From NCBI GenBank assembly GCA_963662405.2, contig CAXXKT010000001.1:2464001-2528000 (forward strand): a DNA stretch of 64,000 nt, given 5' to 3'. The notes beneath the pieces are model-generated. The model saw only the letters and a program-made list of their open reading frames with translations. It was not told the origin of the DNA and made no database searches. Made by a program: the position numbers and the translations under genes. Below, piece by piece: positions 49,600-64,000 of the stretch (within the stretch, counting starts at the first letter, position 1; every line of letters begins with the position of its first letter). This DNA comes from Syntrophales bacterium. Its GTDB lineage: Bacteria > Desulfobacterota > Syntrophia > Syntrophales > UBA2210.

Positions 49600-51651
49600 A
49601 TGGTGGAGATAGGCACAATGATGTGTCCCCGAATGAAATATTTCTGGTTGGTCTTCGTTCCCGTGGCGATATTGACCTTCTGCCGGATTGGTCTCGTCAG
49701 GGCCGAGACAGGAGACCTGACCGGCCTGAGTATCGAGGAACTGATGAGTGTTCAGGTGACCTCGGTGAGCAAGAAGGCCCAGAGTCTCTCGGACAGCGCA
49801 GCTGCCATCTTCGTTATCACGAATGACGATCTGAGACGTTCCGATGTTACCACCATTGCTGATGCCCTGCGTATGGTCCCCGGCATGAACGTGGCGCGGA
49901 TCAATGCGAACAAGTGGGCGGTGAACAGTCGGGGGAGCACCAGCCGTTTCGCCGGCAAACTCCTGGTCATGATTGATGGACGCAGCGTGTACACCCCTGA
50001 CTTTTCCGGTGTGTACTGGGAAGTACAGGACGTGATGCTGGAAGATGTCGAGCGGATCGAGGTTATCCGTGGTCCGGGTGCGGTACTCTGGGGGACCAAC
50101 GCGGTCAATGGGGTTATCAATGTCATCACCAAACACGCGGCGGACACGCAGGGCGGCATGGTGACGATCGGGGGCGGGACCGAGGAGCGCGGTTTCGCCG
50201 GGGCCCGATACGGGATGTCTCTGGGTGAAGGGGCATACGGACGCCTGTATGTCAAGGGATTCAGGCGTGATCAATTCGTTACCGAAACGGGGAACAATGC
50301 CGGGGATGACTGGGGTATGCTGAGAAGCGGCTTCCGCTTGGACTCTACCCCCAACGCCACCGACAGTATCACACTGCAGCGTGACATCTATGAGGGGGAG
50401 ATCAATCGGTGTGTTACCCTCTCATCATTGGTGCCTCCCTATTATCATTCCCTTGAAGATGATGTCGACCTGTCCGGCGACAATCTTATCACCCGCTGGC
50501 AGAGAACCATTTCATCAACCGAGGAATGGACGGTCCAGGTCTCCTATCACCGGACGGAGCGTGAGGAGGCCCTTATTTCCGTGCGGAGAAACACCCTCGA
50601 TCTTGATCTCCAGCATCGGCTCGCGGTCAGTGCTCGGCATGATGTGGTCTGGGGAGCGCGGTACCGCTATACCCATGACAAGGCGGAAAGCTCGATGTTC
50701 TCCATCCTCGATCCGGCGAGTCGAAGCGATGATCTTTTCAGCCTCTTCGTTCAGGATGAAATTACGATCGTTCCGAAACTGCTGTTGCTGACGGTAGGAT
50801 CAAAATTCGAACATAACGATTACAGCGGGTACGAGGTACAACCGAGCGCGCGTTTGCTCTGGGCACCTTGCCCCACCCACAAACTGTGGGCGGCGGTATC
50901 GCGGGCGGTTCGTACCCCTTCACGCTACGAACAGGACGGGTGGCTTATCAATGTCGTGATGCCCCCTCATTCACCCCCCAGCAATCCGACACCATTTCCA
51001 ATGGCCGTCACCGCCGCCGGTAGTCAGAAATTTGACGCCGAGGACCTGATGGCCTCTGAAGTCGGATACCGGTTCGTGCCGGCCCGGGCTTTCTCCGTTG
51101 ATGTTGCCGTTTTCTACCATGACTACGAGGACCTTCGAAGCATTGCCTATGATCCGATTGTAATCCATGGGACGTATATCGAGCAACCGCTTCGATTTGA
51201 AAACGGTTTTTCCGCATACAGCTACGGCGTCGAAGTGGCGGCGTCATGGCAGGCGAATGCCCTGCTGAAACTGAACCTGTCCTACAGCTACCTCAACAGC
51301 GACATGGAGGAAGGCGTGGAAGTCGGTGACGAACCGCGACATATGGTGTCGTTACGGGCGGCCGTCGACCTGAGGAAAGACATCGAGTGCGATATCTGGT
51401 TCCGGTATGTCGATCAGGTGACCGCGCTGTATACGGGCTCGCCGGATCTGTTATACACGATAGACGCATATGTGGCCCTTGATCTGCGGTGCGCGTGGCG
51501 ACTCAGGAAGAACCTGGAACTTGCCCTGGTCGGCCGGAACCTTCTCGATGACAGCCATGTGGAATTCGTTCAGGAGGCGTACACCTCGCCGACCGAGGTC
51601 GAGCGGGGGGTGTACGGTATGGCGACATACCGGTTTGAATTGATCGCATGA
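49600..51651 (+). CDS. TonB-dependent receptor (start uncertain)
   Basis: LSIEELM.V.VTSVSK, plug ERIEVIRGPGAVLWG.NAVNGVINVITK, beta-barrel ending YRF. Confidence 0.92.
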   Translation: MVEIGTMMCPRMKYFWLVFVPVAILTFCRIGLVRAETGDLTGLSIEELMSVQVTSVSKKAQSLSDSAAAIFVITNDDLRRSDVTTIADALRMVPGMNVARINANKWAVNSRGSTSRFAGKLLVMIDGRSVYTPDFSGVYWEVQDVMLEDVERIEVIRGPGAVLWGTNAVNGVINVITKHAADTQGGMVTIGGGTEERGFAGARYGMSLGEGAYGRLYVKGFRRDQFVTETGNNAGDDWGMLRSGFRLDSTPNATDSITLQRDIYEGEINRCVTLSSLVPPYYHSLEDDVDLSGDNLITRWQRTISSTEEWTVQVSYHRTEREEALISVRRNTLDLDLQHRLAVSARHDVVWGARYRYTHDKAESSMFSILDPASRSDDLFSLFVQDEITIVPKLLLLTVGSKFEHNDYSGYEVQPSARLLWAPCPTHKLWAAVSRAVRTPSRYEQDGWLINVVMPPHSPPSNPTPFPMAVTAAGSQKFDAEDLMASEVGYRFVPARAFSVDVAVFYHDYEDLRSIAYDPIVIHGTYIEQPLRFENGFSAYSYGVEVAASWQANALLKLNLSYSYLNSDMEEGVEVGDEPRHMVSLRAAVDLRKDIECDIWFRYVDQVTALYTGSPDLLYTIDAYVALDLRCAWRLRKNLELALVGRNLLDDSHVEFVQEAYTSPTEVERGVYGMATYRFELIA

Positions 51652-52222
51652 AGAAAGATGCACGCATACCATACCTCAGCACGAGTCTCATCTGCTCGTG
51701 TATTTTGTTTCTCTTGTTTTTGCTCTGGTGGGCGAACGAGGATATCGGTGCGGCACCTGTGGACGAGTACGCACTCAAGGCGGCCTTTGTTTTGAATTTT
51801 AACCGTTTTGCCCAGTGGCCCGAGAGCTCCTTTGACGGGGGGAACGATCCCTTTCGTCTCTGTGTCGTGGGGGGGGAGACAGTGGAACATGCCTTTCGCG
51901 TCATAGACGGCAAGGAGGTCGGTGCCCGTCAGCTCCACGTGTATTTCGCACGGGGGGTTGCGGATGTACAGAGGTGCAACACCGTCTTTATTGCCAAGGA
52001 TACCGATCGTTCCACTGTGCTGCGGATATTTGCGGCGGTCAAGGACAGGCCGATTCTTACGGTTGGTGAAACGGAAGAATTTATCAGGCTTGGGGGGATG
52101 ATTAATTTTTTCACCGAAGAAGGGCGACTGCGTTTTGTGATCAACCCTGAAAAGAGTCGCCAACAACGGATCAAACTCAGCTCCCGTCTGTTGAGCCTGG
52201 CGGTTATTGTGGAGGAGATGAG

Positions 52223-52226
<4 letters not shown>
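51648..52226 (+). CDS. YfiR family (DUF4154) periplasmic protein
   Basis: EY.LKAAF..NF..F..WP, ILTVGE, GGMINF, LSSRLL.LA. Confidence 0.9.
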
Positions 52227-55119
<2,893 letters not shown>

Positions 55120-55123
<4 letters not shown>

Positions 55124-57246
55124 CTTCAAGAAGACAGGCGATAGAAAATCCGCTGGCCCTGATTGTCGATGACGAAACGTCTCTTCGCATCACCATGGGC
55201 GCGGCTCTCAGGAAGGCCGGCTTTAATGTCGTCGAGGCGGAGAATGGTCGACATGCCCTCTCTCTTTTCCGCGATGAGAGACCCGACCTTGTCCTCCTTG
55301 ACGTTGTCATGCCCGAGATGGACGGTTTTGAGACCTGCAGTGCCATCCGCACGTACCCCGAAGGGGCATACACACAGGTGCTGATGGTGACCGGGTTGGA
55401 TGATACCGAATCCATTAATCGCGCGTTCGATGCCGGCGCCGACGGGTTCATCCCGAAGCCGGTCAATCTCGCCATGCTGGGGCACCAGGGCCGGTATATG
55501 CTGCGGGCCGGTCGTGCCTTCAGGGAGCTGTACCGGAGCAGAAACCGTCTGTCCAAAACACAGCGGCTCGCCAAGCTCGGTAACTGGCAGGTGGACCTTA
55601 CCACCAATGAATTTACCTGCTCCTCAGAGGCCAAACGTCTCCTTGGATTAAATCGAAACGGGAACAAAGTGACCTTTGATGATTTCCTGGCCCAGATCAT
55701 CGAGCAGGAACGCAACACGGTGCGACGTGAAATTAACAAGGCGGTAAAGGCAAAGAAAACAATCAACCTTGATTACCGTATCCTTCTCTCGAATGGAACG
55801 CAGAAGCACATACTCAACCAGGGGGAAATACTCTACGGTGAGAACAGAGCCCCCGAGATGATGCTGGGAGTTGTACAGGACGTGACCCAGTTGAAAGAGG
55901 CGGAAGAGGAAATCCGTCTCCTGGCTTTCTACGACGGACTGACCGGCCTGGCGAATCGCATGCTTTTCCAGGATCGACTGGAGCTTGCAATTGCCACGGC
56001 CAAGAGGAACAATCAGATATTCGCCCTCTTGTACCTTGATATTGATAACTTCAAGCGAGTGAATGACTCCCTTGGGCACCATATCGGTGATCTGCTCTTG
56101 AAACACGTGGCGGAGACACTCAAAAAAAATATCCGCTGCGGCGATACGGTCACGCGACTCGGTGCCGATTCCATGGATTCGATCATCGCCCGACTCGGGG
56201 GGGATGAATTTACGATTCTCCTTTCCGATATCGGGGATACGGAGAGCGTAGCAAAAATTGCCAGGCGCCTGATCGAGGCGATTCCGACCACGTATAACTG
56301 TAACGGACATGACGTTTCGGTGACCGGCAGCATCGGTATCAGTGTTTTCCCCGAGGATGGAGCCAACTCCGAAACGTTGATGAAAAATGCCGACTCTGCC
56401 ATGTATCAGGCAAAGGATTGCGGCAGAAATAATTACCAATTCTATGAGGAATCACTCAATCGCGCCGTTATTGAACGGTTTGCGCTCGAAAAGGACCTGA
56501 GAGAGGGGCTGCGGAAAGGGGAGTTTGTTTTTTATTATCAACCCCAGATAGAGATCGTCACGAGAAAGATCGTCGGCGCCGAGGCGCTGATCAGGTGGGT
56601 GCACCCCCGGAGGGGTTTGGTTATGCCGGATGAGTTCATTCCCGTCGCGGAAGGATCTGATCTGATTATTGATTTTAATAAATGGGTCTTGCAGGCGGCA
56701 TGCCGGCAGGTGCGTGCGTGGGAGGAGGCCGGTCTTCCATCGGTAAAGGTGGGGGTCAATCTCTCCGGATATAAATTTGTCCATCAGGGTATCGTGCAGA
56801 GTATCAGGGATGCCCTCAGGACCTTCCGGGTCGATGCATCCAGACTGGAGATAGAAATAACGGAAAACGTCCTGATGCAGAATACCGACGAAACGGTCTC
56901 GATACTGAATCAGATAAAGGCGCTTGGTGTCACCATGTCCCTGGATGATTTCGGAAAGGGATATTCATCCCTGAGTTATCTCACCACATTCCCCTTTGAT
57001 GCCATCAAGATCGATCGTTCCTTTGTCATGGATTGCACCCGACAGCAGGAGAACCGCGTCATTATCCGGACGATCATTGCCATGGGACACAGTCTCGAAA
57101 AGAAGGTCGTGGCGGAGGGCGTTGAAACGGAAGAGCATCTCGATCTGCTGAGAGAATATAACTGTGATGAGGCGCAGGGCTATTATTTCAGCCGTCCTGT
57201 CCCTGCCGATACATTCGCCGGTCTTCTGACCCGGGGAACCATGTGA
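55120..57246 (+). CDS. Response regulator with REC-PAS-GGDEF-EAL domains
   Basis: LLDVVMP, RLGGDEF, EALIRW, DDFG.GYSSL, EGVE, QGY. Confidence 0.93.
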
Positions 57247-57388
57247 CGAAATCGCCCCCTCCCTGGGCACGAGAGCGTTGCCTTCTTTCTCCTTGACATC
57301 CCATTCCTGTCTTTTTATGGTGGTGCACCCGGGGGAGATATCCCGAACCACAGGCAGCCGTCGCCGTGTTATCAGATTGGGGGGAAAT

Positions 57389-58777
57389 ATGCGGTCCGTT
57401 CGAGAGGTTATGGAATCCAGAAATATTGCCGTCTTCGGTGCCTCACAGGACCCCTTCAAGCCGGGGGCGCTCCTGATGGAGGTGTTGTGTCAAACGGGGT
57501 TCAAGGGCCGGGTCGCCGGGATCAATCCCCGCGGTGGTTCATATCGTGAAGTGCCCCTGTATCCTGCTCTCGAGGACGTTCCCTTCGATATCGATCTGGC
57601 CGCCATGATCATTCCCCCCCGTGCGGTGCCTCAGGCACTGAGGGACTGCGCCCGCAAAGGGGTCAAGGGGGTGGTGATATCTTCCGAGGGATTCGCCGAA
57701 GCGGGTGAAGAGGGGATGGCTATCCAGGAGGAAATCCGCTCGATTCTGCGCTCCGCCGATATCCGTGGCTTCGGGCCGAACACGCTGGGGCTGGTCAATA
57801 CCGAAACGGGGCTCCTGACATCGTACTTTGCGAACAAAAACACAATTATCCCCGGTTCCGTCGGGTTCGCCGCCCAGTCGGGGATCTTTGTGGGGGCGTT
57901 GCTCCTCTACATGAGTTCCTTTCCCGTCTATCGGATCTCGAAGGGCTTGGGTCTGGGGAACAAGGTGGACGTTGACGAGAGCGAGGCCCTGGACTATCTG
58001 GCCGGGGATGAGCAGACACGGATCATCGGTCTCTATCTGGAGGATATCCGAGACGGAAGACGGTTCTTGGAGGCGGCCCGGAGCGCCGTCAGAAGGAAAC
58101 CGGTGATTCTCCTCAAAGGCGGGCGGAGCGAGGAGGGGAGCGCCGCTACGGCGTCCCACACGGCAAGTCTCGCCGTCAATGACGCCGTCCTCGACGGAGT
58201 CCTTCGCCAGGCGGGGGTCCTGCGGGTGACGGGGGTCGATGAGATGCTGGCGACGATCATGGGGTTCCAGTGGGCACCTCTCCCCCGGGGGAATCGGATC
58301 GCCCTGGTCACCTTCAGCGGGGCCCAGGCGATCATGTCTGTCGATCAGGCGGCCGACGAGGCCCTCTCCCTCGCCCGGTTCGGGACGGAGACCATGGATA
58401 GGCTCTCCACCGTCATATCGACCTATCCCAAGCGGAAAAATCCGATCGATACCTATCCGGACATGAACGTGCACGGCTTTGAGAAGACGTCGACGGAGAT
58501 AGTCGCGGCTCTCCTCGATGATGACACCGTGGACGGGATCTTCTTTATCACCTTTGCCGCCTACGGTACGGAGATGATGGGCCCGCTGGTGGAACTCGTC
58601 AAAGAGAAGGGGAACAAGCCCTTTTTCGTGTCTCTCCTGGGGGATGCCGATGACATCGCCGAATCACGGGCTTACCTGATGGAACGACACATCCCCGTCT
58701 TCGATTTTCCGGAGAAAGGGGTACGGGTTTTCTCCCGGATGTGGCGGTACGCGCGCAGGGTCGGATCGCCGGTCTGA
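57389..58777 (+). CDS. NDP-forming acyl-CoA synthetase, alpha-type (CoA-binding) subunit
   Basis: IAVFGAS, GPNTLG, QSG, SHTAS, NPID; no ATP-grasp domain. Confidence 0.88.
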   Translation: MRSVREVMESRNIAVFGASQDPFKPGALLMEVLCQTGFKGRVAGINPRGGSYREVPLYPALEDVPFDIDLAAMIIPPRAVPQALRDCARKGVKGVVISSEGFAEAGEEGMAIQEEIRSILRSADIRGFGPNTLGLVNTETGLLTSYFANKNTIIPGSVGFAAQSGIFVGALLLYMSSFPVYRISKGLGLGNKVDVDESEALDYLAGDEQTRIIGLYLEDIRDGRRFLEAARSAVRRKPVILLKGGRSEEGSAATASHTASLAVNDAVLDGVLRQAGVLRVTGVDEMLATIMGFQWAPLPRGNRIALVTFSGAQAIMSVDQAADEALSLARFGTETMDRLSTVISTYPKRKNPIDTYPDMNVHGFEKTSTEIVAALLDDDTVDGIFFITFAAYGTEMMGPLVELVKEKGNKPFFVSLLGDADDIAESRAYLMERHIPVFDFPEKGVRVFSRMWRYARRVGSPV

Positions 58778-58791
58778 GAGGGCCTGCTTCC

Positions 58792-59025
58792 CTACTCCAC
58801 GGCATCCCTGATCAGGTCCTTTACGCCGGCCTTCACCAGGACCGGATCGAGGATCAATTGGAGCCCTTTGGTCCCCCGGGCGTCGACGAGGGTCTTATCA
58901 AGGCTGATCTCGCTCTTCTTCAAGACCTTGACTTCATTTTTGTCCAACAGGATGAAGTGATAATTCAGCGCCGCCCCGAAGGCGAGAATCGCTCCCACGG
59001 CGATGATCACCAGGATCTTGTTCAT
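58792..59025 (-). CDS. Small hypothetical protein with N-terminal hydrophobic segment
   Basis: GGAG RBS; YHFILLD..K.LKK..TLVDARG; follows panB. Confidence 0.7.
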   Translation of the reverse strand: MNKILVIIAVGAILAFGAALNYHFILLDKNEVKVLKKSEISLDKTLVDARGTKGLQLILDPVLVKAGVKDLIRDAVE

Positions 59026-59079
59026 AGTCTGTCTCCGTTATCCCGCATCCACGTTTTCCCCCGGAGGACATGGTGCTTA

Positions 59080-59895
59080 TCAGTACGAGTGCTCTTCCCC
59101 CGGGAAGGCCCCGCCTTTGACATCTTCGATGTAGTGTCCGACCGCGTTTTTGATTTCCGTGCTGAGGTCTGCGTACTTTTTGACGAATTTCGGGGTGAAT
59201 CTTTCAAATGTCCCGAGCATGTCGTTGACGACGAGGACCTGGCCATCGCATTCGACCCCCGCCCCGATCCCGATGGTGGGGATCGCCAGGGCCCGGCTGA
59301 TCTCACCTGCCAGCGTTGCGGGGACGCACTCCAAAACGATGGAAAATGCACCGGCCTCTTCCAGGGCCTTGGCATCCTCCATCAGCTTGCGGGCCGCCTT
59401 GGCGTCTTTCCCCTGCACCTTGTACCCACCAAACTGGTGGACTGATTGGGGAGTCAAACCGAGGTGTCCCACCAGGGGGATCCCCGCGGCGGTGATCTTC
59501 CCGACGGCCTCCGCCACCTCTCGTCCCCCTTCCAATTTGACGCCGTGGGCGCCGGTCTCTTTCATGAGCCGCCCCGCGTTTCTCACCGCCTCCTCGACAG
59601 AGACCTGGTATGACAGGAAAGGCATGTCGGCGATCACCATCGCACGCTGTGCCGCACGAACGACGGTCTGTGTGTGGTGGATCATATCCTCCATCGTGAC
59701 CGGAAGCGTGCTGTCGTACCCCAGGACGACCATCCCGAGCGAGTCTCCTACCAGGATCATGTCCACCCCTGCTGCGTCCACCAGCGCGGCGATGGAGTAG
59801 TCATACGCGGTCAGCATGGAGATTTTTTCACCCTCCCGCTTCATCTTCAATATCGCGGCCGTTGTTACCTTATTGATCTTCCCCTGTGTACTCAT
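59080..59895 (-). CDS. panB: 3-methyl-2-oxobutanoate hydroxymethyltransferase
   Basis: [38 protein letters not shown]. Confidence 0.96.
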   Translation of the reverse strand: MSTQGKINKVTTAAILKMKREGEKISMLTAYDYSIAALVDAAGVDMILVGDSLGMVVLGYDSTLPVTMEDMIHHTQTVVRAAQRAMVIADMPFLSYQVSVEEAVRNAGRLMKETGAHGVKLEGGREVAEAVGKITAAGIPLVGHLGLTPQSVHQFGGYKVQGKDAKAARKLMEDAKALEEAGAFSIVLECVPATLAGEISRALAIPTIGIGAGVECDGQVLVVNDMLGTFERFTPKFVKKYADLSTEIKNAVGHYIEDVKGGAFPGEEHSY

Positions 59896-60772
59896 CTGTA
59901 TTTCCTTTCAACAGTGATGTTAACTCCGCGGCCTTGCCCGCGGACAGTGTCTTGTTCCCGAGTGCTATGCCGACGGTGAAAAGGCCCATCTCCCGGTACA
60001 GATCCAGGAGATGCGGCATCTTTTCATCGAGGGCCTTCAGATGTCCCTGGATGGTTCCGATGTCGCCCCGGGCGATGGGACCGGTGAGCGATTGCTCGGT
60101 TCCTCTTTCTTCGATATTGCGGATGGTGCCCCGGACGAGGGGCCAGAAAGACCGGATCGCATCGTCTTCCTCCATCCCGAGATTCCCGTAGATTTCCTTG
60201 ACCAAGTTCATGAGCGTGACAAGATAGTTGGATGCCATGCAGGCCGCCGCGTGATAGAGGGGCTTGTCCCTGTCCGCCACGAAGAAGGATGTCCCTCCCA
60301 GGTCGCGTACGATCCGTACCGCCCAGTCCCTGATCTCGCCCTCGGCGGTGATGCTGAAGGTGCTTCCCGGAATGGTTTCGATGACCCCTTCGATATCGGC
60401 GAAGGACTGGAGCGGATGGATCGTGCCGATCTCCGCACCGGAGTTGCGTGCCGGTGCCAAAAGACCGAGCCCTCCTGCCCCGCTCATATGGACGACCCTC
60501 ATACCGGGGGCAAAACCACCCCCCCGGGCGATCTCAGCGCAGACGGTTTGTATGATATCGTCGGGTGTTGTAATGAAGATGGATCGTGAGGATCGTGCGG
60601 CCTGGAGGGGTGATTTACAGGCAATTCCGCCGGTATACCCCACTCCCCGATCGAGGGCCTCCGGCGAAGGGTCCGCGACGGCGACTATCTCGTATCCGGC
60701 ATTCCGGAGAAGATACCCTACGGCGGTGCCTACCTTGCCCAGCCCTATGATGGCGATCGGGTCTCTGTTCAT
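59870..60772 (-). CDS. Rossmann-like + DUF2520 oxidoreductase (PanG-like ketopantoate reductase)
   Basis: [35 protein letters not shown]; overlaps panB. Confidence 0.85.
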   Translation of the reverse strand: MNRDPIAIIGLGKVGTAVGYLLRNAGYEIVAVADPSPEALDRGVGYTGGIACKSPLQAARSSRSIFITTPDDIIQTVCAEIARGGGFAPGMRVVHMSGAGGLGLLAPARNSGAEIGTIHPLQSFADIEGVIETIPGSTFSITAEGEIRDWAVRIVRDLGGTSFFVADRDKPLYHAAACMASNYLVTLMNLVKEIYGNLGMEEDDAIRSFWPLVRGTIRNIEERGTEQSLTGPIARGDIGTIQGHLKALDEKMPHLLDLYREMGLFTVGIALGNKTLSAGKAAELTSLLKGNTDEYTGEDQ

Positions 60773-60776
60773 CTCA

Positions 60777-60900
60777 TAAAAAAGGGGCGCTCCGACCGAT
60801 TTTCGGAAAGGCCCCTCAGGATATACTGCCACCGCACATTCTGTTTTCGACCATTCCGTCTCAGTCCGACGCTTCCGGATCCAAGCGGTTTTACAGACGC
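60777..60900 (-). ncRNA. pan RNA motif leader with intrinsic terminator
   Basis: Minus strand CGCTTGGATCCGGAAGCG-TCGGACTGAGACGGA tandem stems, then GGGGC..GCCCC-T-run terminator; upstream of pantothenate genes; TTGACA promoter at 60923-60928. Confidence 0.7.
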
Positions 60901-61073
60901 GCTATCACAGGGGGCGGCGACTTGTCAACAGGTATTTGCCGTATCGTCCGCCTTTTTATCCCTTGTATTTCTCAGGGGAGTGATTATACTAGTTTCGTGT
61001 TGTACGATACTGATCCGGAAGTGCCGCGTAATCAGAATGATCCGTTGCCCCGAGCCTATTCTTCAGGAGTGAT

Positions 61074-61718
61074 ATGAAATCGGTTACATTGATGGTCTTT
61101 GATTTTGACGGGACCCTGGTGAAATCCGGGGATGATCTTGCTGCCTCCGTGAACCATACCCTGGATACCTTAGAACTCCCGCTTCTCGATACGGATACGA
61201 TCATCGGCTTCATCGGCGACGGGGTGGCGAAGCTGATTGAACGGTCCCTGGGCGATGAATACCGGCACCGGTTTGAAGAGGCGATGGGAATATTCGGCGC
61301 TCATTATGCGGACCATCTTCTCGATACGACGTGTCTCTATCCGGGGGTGTGCGATACCCTGGACCATTTCCGGGAAACGAAGAAAGTGATTGTGACGAAT
61401 AAACGGTACGATTATACGCTCAAGATTTCCGATGCCCTGAGGATTGCCGGTTGCTTTGAGGAGATTATAGGAGCGGACAGTTTCCCCGTCAGGAAGCCCG
61501 ATCAAGGAATCCTCCTCCCGCTCCTCGATCGCTACGGGGCGAAAAGGACGGATACCGTGGTTATCGGTGACGGAACCAACGATATCCTTCTGGCCAAAAA
61601 CAGCGGGACTCTGAGCTGCGCGCTTCTGAACGGCCTCGGGAACAGGGCGCATCTCCTTGCCCTTCGTCCGGATTATTGTTGCGAGGAGATTGCGGAATTG
61701 AAAGAGCTGTTTGCGTGA
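61074..61718 (+). CDS. HAD family hydrolase (phosphoglycolate phosphatase-like)
   Basis: FDFDGTL, VTNK, KPD, IGDG.NDI. Confidence 0.9.
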   Translation: MKSVTLMVFDFDGTLVKSGDDLAASVNHTLDTLELPLLDTDTIIGFIGDGVAKLIERSLGDEYRHRFEEAMGIFGAHYADHLLDTTCLYPGVCDTLDHFRETKKVIVTNKRYDYTLKISDALRIAGCFEEIIGADSFPVRKPDQGILLPLLDRYGAKRTDTVVIGDGTNDILLAKNSGTLSCALLNGLGNRAHLLALRPDYCCEEIAELKELFA

Positions 61719-61739
61719 CGGGCAAACCGGATGTGACTC

Positions 61740-63113
61740 ATGATGCGGAAAGTGAGAGAGACGATCGAGCGGCACACAATGGTCACGCCCGGTGACCGGG
61801 TGGGGGTTGCCGTGTCCGGCGGGGCAGATTCAGTCACCCTCCTGCACCTGCTTTTTGAACTTGCCGACGAGTATAATCTTACCCTGACAGTGCTTCACCT
61901 GAATCATGGTATCAGGGGTGAGGAGGCCGACCGTGACGAATCGTTCGTGAAAAAACTGGCCGAATCGATGGGGATTCCCTGTGCGGTCGAACGGGTTTCC
62001 GTCCCGAAGCTGCGCCGGCAGCGGGGAGGGTCCATCGAAGATATCTGCCGGCAGGAACGATACGCCTTCTTCGACCGGTCAGTCCGCAAACAGGGACTGA
62101 GCCGGATCGCCCTGGGACATACCTTGAACGATCAGGCGGAGACGGTGATCATGCGCTTTCTCAGGGGGAGCGGACTGGATGGATTAAAGGGATTCCTCCC
62201 GATCCGTGAGAGGATCTACATACGTCCCCTTATGGAGGTGACGCGCGATGAGGTGGTCTCTTTCCTGAAGAAGAGAAAGATTCCCTTTATAACGGACAGT
62301 TCGAATGAAGATCCCGCATTTGCGAGAAACCGGATACGAAACCATCTGGTCCCGGAGCTCCGGGACCAGTATAATATGAGGCTGGAGGAAAATATCAGTC
62401 GGACAGCCGGGATCCTCCGGCTCGAGGACGATTTCATCCGTGAATCGGTCGCGGGTATTGTCAGCGAGTGGGGGATCGATCTTCACAGGGCCTGTCTCCC
62501 GGTCCTGAAACTGAGGCAACTCCATCCGGCCCTCCGGTGGAGACTGATCAAGACGATCCTCGAGGGGCATTCGCCTCAGAGGAACGGAATCGGGTACCTC
62601 CACGTAAAGGCCGTGGCCGAACTGATCGATGGCTCCGGCCCAAGCGCCTCCGCGGATCTTCCTTTCGATCTTGTGGCCCGGCGGGAGTATGATGACTTGG
62701 TTATCGAACCGAATGACGGATATCCTGATGCAGGAGATTTTGCGTACGATGTCCTGATCCCGGGAGGGGTTGATATTGTTGAGACGAGGCAGCGAATGGC
62801 TTTTGACCTGGTCGACGCGGGGGAAGTCGATCCCCGGTCGAGCAACCCCGTTTTCATGGACCGGAATGCCATCTCTTTTCCCCTTGTCGTACGGAACATC
62901 AGACCGGGAGACCGGATACAACCCCTGGGTATGGGCGGGGTAAAGAAGGTGGCGAGGCTTATGGTGGATGAAAAGGTGCCGAAGGCCGCACGGGGATCGA
63001 TTCCCCTCCTCACTGATCGTACATCGGTTCTCTGGGTGCCGGGTGTGCGCCTCAGCGACCGGGTGAAGATAACGGATATGACGGAAAAGGTGGTAAAAGC
63101 GGAAATTATTTGA
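61740..63113 (+). CDS. tilS: tRNA(Ile)-lysidine synthetase
   Basis: AVSGGADS, HLNHGIRG, GH..DQAET, RPL, D.SN..RNRIR; upstream of ftsH. Confidence 0.95.
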   Translation: MMRKVRETIERHTMVTPGDRVGVAVSGGADSVTLLHLLFELADEYNLTLTVLHLNHGIRGEEADRDESFVKKLAESMGIPCAVERVSVPKLRRQRGGSIEDICRQERYAFFDRSVRKQGLSRIALGHTLNDQAETVIMRFLRGSGLDGLKGFLPIRERIYIRPLMEVTRDEVVSFLKKRKIPFITDSSNEDPAFARNRIRNHLVPELRDQYNMRLEENISRTAGILRLEDDFIRESVAGIVSEWGIDLHRACLPVLKLRQLHPALRWRLIKTILEGHSPQRNGIGYLHVKAVAELIDGSGPSASADLPFDLVARREYDDLVIEPNDGYPDAGDFAYDVLIPGGVDIVETRQRMAFDLVDAGEVDPRSSNPVFMDRNAISFPLVVRNIRPGDRIQPLGMGGVKKVARLMVDEKVPKAARGSIPLLTDRTSVLWVPGVRLSDRVKITDMTEKVVKAEII

Positions 63114-63150
63114 TAGTGAAAAATCTCAAAATTACTGACAGGAGTGAATA

Positions 63151-64000
63151 GTGAATCAATCGCAGAAAAATATTGCGCTCTGGATTGTGATCAGTCTGGT
63201 ATTCGTCTTTCTCTTCCAAATGTTCAATCAACCGCAGGGGAAAAAGGAAGAGATAGCCTACAGCGATTTTATCGGTTACGTCGACAAGGGACAGGTAACC
63301 GAAGTGACCATGCAGGGGGAGAATATCGACGGAAGACTTGCCGATGGGAAGGAGTTCAAACTCTTCGCCCCCTACGATCCGAACCTGGTATCTCTCTTGA
63401 AGGATAAGGGCGTGCGGATCTCGGCCAAACCGGCCGAAGGGTCTTCGTGGTATATGACCATCCTGATATCGTGGCTCCCCATCATACTCCTCATCGGCGT
63501 CTGGATCTTCTTCATGCGGCAGATGCAGTCCGGCGGCGGGAAGGCGATGTCCTTCGGTAAGAGCAGGGCCCGTTTGATGACCGAGAAGACGCAGAAAACC
63601 ACCTTCGCCGATGTGGCGGGGGTCGATGAGGCCAAGGAGGAACTGGAAGAGGTCGTCGAATTCCTGCGTGATCCCCGGAAGTTCACCAAGCTGGGGGGAC
63701 GGATCCCGAAGGGGGTTCTCCTGGTGGGTCAGCCCGGGACGGGAAAGACGCTTCTCGCACGGGCGATCGCCGGTGAAGCGGGGGTTCCCTTCCTGAGTAT
63801 CAGCGGCTCCGATTTTGTCGAGATGTTCGTAGGGGTCGGCGCATCCCGCGTCAGGGACCTGTTCAATCAGGGGAAGAAAAATGCCCCCTGCATCATCTTT
63901 ATCGACGAGCTTGATGCCGTCGGGAGGCAGCGGGGGGCCGGTCTTGGCGGCGGGCATGACGAACGGGAGCAGACCCTCAACCAGATGCTCGTGGAGATGG
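63151..64000 (+). CDS. ftsH: ATP-dependent zinc metalloprotease FtsH (3' truncated by window edge; missing from the ORF track)
   Basis: GTG start; [59 protein letters not shown]. Confidence 0.96.
   Translation, partial: MNQSQKNIALWIVISLVFVFLFQMFNQPQGKKEEIAYSDFIGYVDKGQVTEVTMQGENIDGRLADGKEFKLFAPYDPNLVSLLKDKGVRISAKPAEGSSWYMTILISWLPIILLIGVWIFFMRQMQSGGGKAMSFGKSRARLMTEKTQKTTFADVAGVDEAKEELEEVVEFLRDPRKFTKLGGRIPKGVLLVGQPGTGKTLLARAIAGEAGVPFLSISGSDFVEMFVGVGASRVRDLFNQGKKNAPCIIFIDELDAVGRQRGAGLGGGHDEREQTLNQMLVEM

Overview
GC-rich bacterial window; the gene content (acyl-CoA ligases, aldehyde:ferredoxin oxidoreductase, c-di-GMP signalling genes, pan RNA) suggests an anaerobic deltaproteobacterium such as a Syntrophales/Desulfobacterota member (inference). 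Most of it is ordinary metabolism, transport and signalling, ending in panG/panB, gph, tilS and a partial ftsH. The unusual part is 11.3-21.2 kb. It opens with an unannotated 53-codon ORF that has an in-frame UGA and a SECIS-like hairpin (candidate small selenoprotein), followed by a ygbA-like gene. The last ~88 bp of that gene recur twice downstream, starting at the same breakpoint. These copies separate three cargo blocks: a RelE/Phd toxin-antitoxin pair, a ferredoxin-nitroreductase block, and an AT-rich defence island (HNH-DGQHK fusion, type III R-M, rhuM remnant). I see no integrase in the window. Other points: a c-di-GMP-I-like riboswitch before an HTH/ExeA-ATPase/TPR operon, a pan RNA leader, a sigma28-like promoter before a TonB-YfiR-kinase-GGDEF/EAL operon, and two broken ORFs. 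All calls come from motif recognition by eye; no searches were run.
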